From NCBI GenBank assembly GCA_964057225.1, contig OZ059894.1, positions 23,560,001 to 23,624,000 on the forward strand: a stretch of DNA of 64,000 nucleotides, given 5' to 3'. This DNA comes from Auanema rhodensis (lineage: Eukaryota > Animalia > Nematoda). A model generated the notes under the pieces. It saw only the letters and a program-made list of their open reading frames with translations. It did no database searches and was not told the DNA's origin. A program made the translations under genes and the position numbers. Numbering within the stretch: position 1 is the first letter of the stretch; the number at the start of each line of letters is the position of its first letter. Of the stretch, positions 56,901-64,000 are shown piece by piece.

Positions 56901-59900
56901 TTTATGCTAATTAAATGTACACGTGATGTGCACTTGGTATGTAACTCGCTTCACGTGAAAGATAAAGAGATGCGGTTTTCAAAATTAGATTTCTCATGTC
57001 CATATTAGTCTAAAAACAAATTTTTATTGATATTGATGCATGGTAACCATGACTTTGAAATTTACGTGAACTTTAATTTATGCTAATTAAATGTACACGT
57101 GATGTGCACTTGGTATGTAACTCGCTTCACGTGAAAGATAAAGAGATGCGGTTTTCAAAATTAGATTCCCCATGTCCATATTAGTCTAAAAACAAATTTT
57201 TATTGATATTGGTGCATGGTAACCACGACTTTGAAATTTACGTGAACTTTAATTTATGCTAATTAAATGTACACGTGATGTGCACTTGGTATGTAACTCG
57301 CTTCACGTGAAAGATAAAGAGATGCGGTTTTCAAAATTAGATTCCCCATGTCCATATTAGTCTAAAAACAAATTTTTATTGATATTGGTGCATGGTAACC
57401 ATGACTTTGAAATTTACGTGAACTTTAATTTATGCTAATTAAATGTACACGTGATGTGCACTTGGTATGTAACTCGCTTCACGTGAAAGATAAAGAGATG
57501 CGGTTTTCAAAATTAGATTCCCCATGTCCATATCAGTCTAAAAACAAATTTTTATTGATATTGGTGCATGGTAACCATGATTTTGAAATTTACGTGAACT
57601 TTAATTTATGCTAATTAAATGTACACGTGATGTGCACTTGGTATGTAACTCGCTTCACGTGAAAGATAAAGAGATGCGGTTTTCAAAATTAGAATCCCCA
57701 TGTCCATATTAGTCTAAAAACAAATTTTTATTGATATTGGTGCATGGTAACCATGATTTTGAAATTTACGTGAACTTTAATTTATGCTAATTAAATGTAC
57801 ACGTGATGTGCACTTGGTATGTAACTCGCTTCACGTGAAAGATAAAGAGATGCGGTTTTCAAAATTAGATTCCCCATGTCCATATTAGTCTAAAAACAAA
57901 TTTTTATTGATATTGGTGCATGGTAACCATGACTTTGAAATTTACGTGAACTTTAATTTATGCTAATTAAATGTACACGTGATGTGCACTTGGTATGTAA
58001 CTCGCTTCACGTGAAAGTTAAAGAGATGCGGTTTTCAAAATTAGATTCCCCATGTCCATATTAGTCTAAAAACAAATTTTTATTGATATTGGTGCATGGT
58101 AACCATGACTTTGAAATTTACGTGAACTTTAATTTATGCTAATTAAATGTACACGTGATGTGCACTTGGTATGTAACTCGCTTCACGTGAAAGATAAAGA
58201 GATGCGGTTTTCAAAATTAGAATCCCCATGTCCATATTAGTCTAAAAACAAATTTTTATTGATATTGGTGCATGGTAACCATGATTTTGAAATTTACGTG
58301 AACTTTAATTTATGCTAATTAAATGTACACGTGATGTGCACTTGGTATGTAACTCGCTTCACGTGAAAGATAAAGAGATGCGGTTTTCAAAATTAGATTT
58401 CTCATGTCCATATTAGTCTAAAAACAAATTTTTATTGATATTGATGCATGGTAACCATGACTTTGAAATTTACGTGAACTTTAATTTATGCTAATTAAAT
58501 GTACACGTGATGTGCACTTGGTATGTAACTCGCTTCACGTGAAAGATAAAGAGATGCGGTTTTCAAAATTAGATTCCCCATGTCCATATTAGTCTAAAAA
58601 CAAATTTTTATTGATATTGGTGCATGGTAACCACGACTTTGAAATTTACGTGAACTTTAATTTATGCTAATTAAATGTACACGTGATGTGCACTTGGTAT
58701 GTAACTCGCTTCACGTGAAAGATAAAGAGATGCGGTTTTCAAAATTAGATTCCCCATGTCCATATTAGTCTAAAAACAAATTTTTATTGATATTGGTGCA
58801 TGGTAACCATGACTTTGAAATTTACGTGAACTTTAATTTATGCTAATTAAATGTACACGTGATGTGCACTTGGTATGTAACTCGCTTCACGTGAAAGATA
58901 AAGAGATGCGGTTTTCAAAATTAGATTCCCCATGTCCATATCAGTCTAAAAACAAATTTTTATTGATATTGGTGCATGGTAACCATGACTTTGAAATTTA
59001 CGTGAACTTTAATTTATGCTAATTAAATGTACACGTGATGTGCACTTGGTATGTAACTCGCTTCACGTGAAAGATAAAGAGATGCGGTTTTCAAAATTAT
59101 ATTCCCCATGTCCATATTAGTCTAAAAACAAATTTTTATTGATATTGGTGCATGGTAACCATGACTTTGAAATTTACGTGAACTTTAATTTATGCTAATT
59201 AAATGTACACGTGATGTGCACTTGGTATGTAACTCGCTTCACGTGAAAGATAAAGAGATGCGGTTTTCAAAATTAGATTCCCCATGTCCATATTAGTCGA
59301 AAAACAAATTTTTATTGATATTGGTTCATGGTAACCATGACTTTGAAATTTACGTGAACTTTAATTTATGCTAATTAAATGTACACGTGATGTGCACTTG
59401 GTATGTGACTCGCTTCACGTGAAAGATAAAGAGATGCGGTTTTCAGAATTAGATTCCCCATGTCCATATTAGTCTAAAAACAAATTTTTATTGATATTGG
59501 TGCATGGTAACCATGACTTTGAAATTTACGTGAACTTTAATTTATGCTAATTAAATGTACACGTGATGTGCACTTGGTATGTAACTCGCTTCACGTGAAA
59601 GATAAAGAGATGCGGTTTTCAAAATTAGAATCCCCATGTCCATATTAGTCTAAAAACAAATTTTTATTGATATTGGTGCATGGTAACCATGATTTTGAAA
59701 TTTACGTGAACTTTAATTTATGCTAATTAAATGTACACGTGATGTGCACTTGGTATGTAACTCGCTTCACGTGAAAGATAAAGAGATGCGGTTTTCAAAA
59801 TTAGATTTCTCATGTCCATATTAGTCTAAAAACAAATTTTTATTGATATTGGTGCATGGTAACCATGACTTTGAAATTTACGTGAACTTTAATTTATGCT

Positions 59901-62900
59901 AATTAAATGTACACGTGATGTGCACTTGGTATGTAACTCGCTTCACGTGAAAGATAAAGAGATGTGGTTTTCAAAATTAGATTCCCCATGTCCATATTAG
60001 TCTAAAAACAAATTTTTATTGATATTGGTGCATGGTAACCACGACTTTGAAATTTACGTGAACTTTAATTTATGCTAATTAAATGTACACGTGATGTGCA
60101 CTTGGTATGTAACTCGCTTCACGTGAAATATAAAGAGATGCGGTTTTCAAAATTAGATTCCCCATGTCCATATTAGTCTAAAAACAAATTTTTATTGATA
60201 TTGGTGCATGGTAACCATGACTTTGAAATTTACGTGAACTTTAATTTATGCTAATTAAATGTACACGTGATGTGCACTTGGTATGTAACTCGCTTCACGT
60301 GAAAGTTAAAGAGATGCGGTTTTCAAAATTAGATTCCCCATGTCCATATTAGTCTAAAAACAAATTTTTATTGATATTGGTGCATGGTAACCATGACTTT
60401 GAAATTTACGTGAACTTTAATTTATGCTTATTAAATGTACACGTGATGTGCACTTGGTATGTAACTCGCTTCACGTGAAAGATAAAGAGATGCGGTTTTC
60501 AAAATTAGATTCCCCATGTCCATATTAGTCTAAAAACAAATTTTTATTGATATTGGTGCATGGTAACCATGACTTTGAAATTTACGTGAACTTTAATTTA
60601 TGCTAATTAAATGTACACGTGATGTGCACTTGGTATGTAACTCGCTTCACGTGAAAGATAAAGAGATGCGGTTTTCAAAATTAGATTCCCCATGTCCATA
60701 TTAGTCTAAAAACAAATTTTTATTGATATTGGTGCATGGTAACCATGACTTTGAAATTTACGTGAACTTTAATTTATGCTAATTAAATGTACACGTGATG
60801 TGCACTTGGTATGTAACTCGCTTCACGTGAAAGATAAAGAGATGCGGTTTTCAAAATTAGATTCCCCATGTCCATATTAGTCTAAAAACAAATTTTTATT
60901 GATATTGGTGCATGGTAACCATGACTTTGAAATTTACGTGAACTTTAATTTATGCTAATTAAATGTACACGTGATGTGCACTTGGTATGTAACTCGCTTC
61001 ACGTGAAAGATAAAGAGATGCGGTTTTCAAAATTAGATTCCCCATGTCCATATTAGTCTAAAAACAAATTCTTATTGATATTGGTGCATGGTAACCATGA
61101 CTTTGAAATTTACGTGAACTTTAATTTATGCTAATTAAATGTACACGTGATGTGCACTTGGTATGTAACTCGCTTCACGTAAAAGATAAAGAGATGCGGT
61201 TTTCAAAATTAGATTCCCCATGTCCATATTAGTCTAAAAACAAATTTTTATTGATATTGGTGCATGGTAACCATGACTTTGAAATTTACGTGAACTTTAA
61301 TTTATGCTAATTAAATGTACACGTGATGTGCACTTGGTATGTAACTCGCTTCACGTGAAAGATAAAGAGATGCGGTTTTCAAAATTAGATTCCCCATGTC
61401 CATATTAGTCTAAAAACAAATTTTTATTGATATTGGTGCATGGTAACCATGACTTTGAAATTTACGTGAACTTTAATTTATGCTAATTAAATGTACACGT
61501 GATGTGCACTTGGTATGTAACTCGCTTCACGTGAAAGATAAAGAGATGCGGTTCTCAAAATTAGATTCCCCATGTCCATATTAGTCTAAAAACAAATTTT
61601 TATTGATATTGGTGCATGGTAACCATGACTTTGAAATTTACGTGAACTTTAATTTATGCTAATTAAATGTACACGTGATGTGCACTTGGTATGTAACTCG
61701 CTTCACGTGAAAGATAAAGAGATGCGGTTTTCAAAATTAGATTCCCCATGTCCATATTAGTCTAAAAACAAATTTTTATTGATATTGGTGCATGGTAACC
61801 ATGACTTTGAAATTTACGTGAACTTTAATTTATGCTAATTAAATGTACACGTGATGTGCACTTGGTATGTAACTCGCTTCACGTAAAAGATAAAGAGATG
61901 CGGTTTTCAAAATTAGATTCCCCATGTCCATATTAGTCTAAAAACAAATTTTTATTGATATTGGTGCATGGTAACCATGACTTTGAAATTTACGTGAACT
62001 TTAATTTATGCTAATTAAATGTACACGTGATGTGCACTTGGTATGTAACTCGCTTCACGTGAAAGATAAAGAGATGCGGTTTTCAAAATTAGATTCCCCA
62101 TGTCCATATTAGTCGAAAAACAAATTTTTATTGATATTGGTTCATGGTAATTATGACTTTGAAATTTACGTGAACTTTAATTTATGCTAATTAAATGTAC
62201 ACGTGATGTGCACTTGGTATGTAACTCGCTTCACGTGAAAGATAAAAAGATGCGGTTTTCAGAATTAGATTCCCCATGTCCATATTAGTCTAAAAACAAA
62301 TTTTTATTGATATTGGTTCATGGTAACCATGACTTTGAAATTTACGTGAACTTTAATTTATGCTAATTAAATGTACACGTGATGTGCACTTGGTATGTAA
62401 CTCGCTTCACGTGAAAGATAAAGAGATGCGGTTTTCAAAATTAGAATCCCCATGTCCATATTAGTCTAAAAACAAATTTTCATTGATATTAATTCATGGT
62501 AACCATGATTTTGAAATTTACGTGAACTTTAATTTATGCTAATTAAATGTACACGTGATGTGCACTTGGTATGTAACTCGCTTCACGTGAAAGATAAAGA
62601 GATGCGGTTTTCAAAATTAGATTTCTCATGTCCATATTAGTCTAAAAACAAATTTTTATTGATATTGGTGCATGGTAACCATGACTTTGAAATTTACGTG
62701 AACTTTAATTTATGCTAATTAAATGTACACGTGGTGTGCACTTGGTATGTAACTCGCTTCACGTGAAAGACAAAGAGATGCGGTTTTCAAAATTAGATTC
62801 CCCATGTCCATATTAGTCTAAAAACAAATTTTTATTGATATTGGTGCATGGTAACCATGACTTTGAAATTTACGTGAACTTTAATTTATGCTAATTAAAT

Positions 62901-64000
62901 GTACACGTGATGTGCACTTGGTATGTAACTCGCTTCACGTGAAAGATAAAGAGATGCGGTTTTCAAAATTAGAATCCCCATGTCCATATTAGTCTAAAAA
63001 CAAATTTTTATTGATATTGGTGCATGGTAACCATGATTTTGAAATTTACGTGAACTTTAATTTATGCTAATTAAATGTACACGTGATGTGCACTTGGTAT
63101 GTAACTCGCTTCACGTGAAAGATAAAGAGATGCGGTTTTCAAAATTAGAATCCCCATGTCCATATTAGTCTAAAAACAAATTTTTATTGATATTGGTGCA
63201 TGGTAACCATAATTTTGAAATTTACGTGAACTTTAATTTATGCTAATTAAATGTACACGTGATGTGCACTTGGTATGTAACTCGCTTCACGTGAAAGATA
63301 AAGAGATGCGGTTTTCAAAATTAGATTTCTCATGTCCATATTAGTCTAAAAACAAATTTTTATTGATATTGGTGCATGGTAACCATGACTTTGAAATTTA
63401 CGTGAACTTTAATTTATGCTAATTAAATGTACACGTGATGTGCACTTGGTATGTAACTCGCTTCACGTGAAAGATAAAGAGATGCGGTTTTCAAAATTAG
63501 ATTCCCCATGTCCATATTAGTCTAAAAACAAATTTTTATTGATATTGGTGCATGGTAACCATGACTTTGAAATTTACGTGAACTTTAATTTATGCTAATT
63601 AAATGTACACGTGATGTGCACTTGGTATGTAACTCGCTTCACGTGAAAGATAAAGAGATGCGGTTTTCAAAATTAGATTCCCCATGTCCATATTAGTCGA
63701 AAAACAAATTTTTATTGATATTGGTTCATGGTAACCATGACTTTGAAATTTACGTGAACTTTAATTTATGCTAATTAAATGTACACGTGATGTGCACTTG
63801 GTATGTAACTCGCTTCACGTGAAAGATAAAAAGATGCGGTTTTCAGAATTACATTCCCCATGTCCATATTAGTCTAAAAACAAATTTTTATTGATATTGG
63901 TTCATGGTAACCATGACTTTGAAATTTACGTGAACTTTAATTTATGCTAATTAAATGTACACGTGATGTGCACTTGGTATGTAACTCGCTTCACGTGAAA
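53991..64000. repeat. Satellite sub-domain B: G56-majority monomers with a different diagnostic variant set, no D monomer
   Basis: ggtgcatgg becomes the majority form and is no longer linked to C141T. New recurrent variants: T8A+C71T (gaatcc...gatttt), C10T+C12T (gatttctc), T24C, T68C, A176G, T157C. Confidence 0.85.
56103..60150. repeat. 8/16-monomer periodic HOR in sub-domain B
   Basis: T24C monomers at 56103, 57511 and 58919. The triplet [A8/T71][T10/T12][C68] starts at 56807, 58215 and 59623 (1408 period). The G29/G137/G176 monomer is at 56455 and 59271 (2816 period). Confidence 0.8.

Larger units (their letters stand above)
1..64000. repeat. 176-bp tandem satellite array (363 full monomers + partial), AT-rich, highly homogeneous; candidate centromeric/pericentromeric satellite
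   Basis: aattagattccccatg recurs at 1, 177, 353 and onward. Phase arithmetic holds to the end: 363x176 - 21x2 = 63846, so the last partial monomer starts at 63847, as observed. Most monomers differ from consensus by 0-4 substitutions. The centromeric assignment is inference from size and organisation only. Confidence 0.99.

Noticed and set aside
56024-59022. Three identical 60-aa ORFs at 56024, 57432 and 58840
   Set aside because: T24C converts TAG to CAG. The 1408-bp spacing simply reflects the 8-mer duplication. About 359 other monomers retain the stop, so there is no sign of coding selection.
1-64000. CRISPR array or other repeat-spacer system
   Set aside because: There are no unique spacers: the entire 176 bp is repeated, and there are no cas genes or leader.

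Overview
The whole 64,000-nt window is one uninterrupted, head-to-tail, single-orientation satellite array: 363 complete monomers plus a 154-nt partial copy. The consensus monomer is 176 bp and about 32% GC (56/176): aattagattccccatgtccatattagtctaaaaacaaatttttattgatattggttcatggtaaccatgactttgaaatttacgtgaactttaatttatgctaattaaatgtacacgtgatgtgcacttggtatgtaactcgcttcacgtgaaagataaagagatgcggttttcaa. 'Pos N' refers to this consensus, phased to window position 1. I see no genes, RNA genes, transposons, CRISPR spacers, inversions or unique sequence. The four 60-aa ORFs arise from single-base loss of a TAG stop in the repeat. Monomer size, AT richness and homogeneity resemble eukaryotic centromeric or pericentromeric satellites, but I do not recognise the family or organism. 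The informative structure is in the variants: (i) a 174-bp diverged monomer (D) occurs 21 times and is the only length variant; (ii) higher-order repeats (HORs) of variable length appear to derive from an ancestral 12-mer; (iii) a switch to a different sub-family occurs near 54 kb; (iv) each monomer carries dyad symmetries and three ACGTGA motifs 32-33 bp apart. I did not find evidence for a novel protein-coding system.
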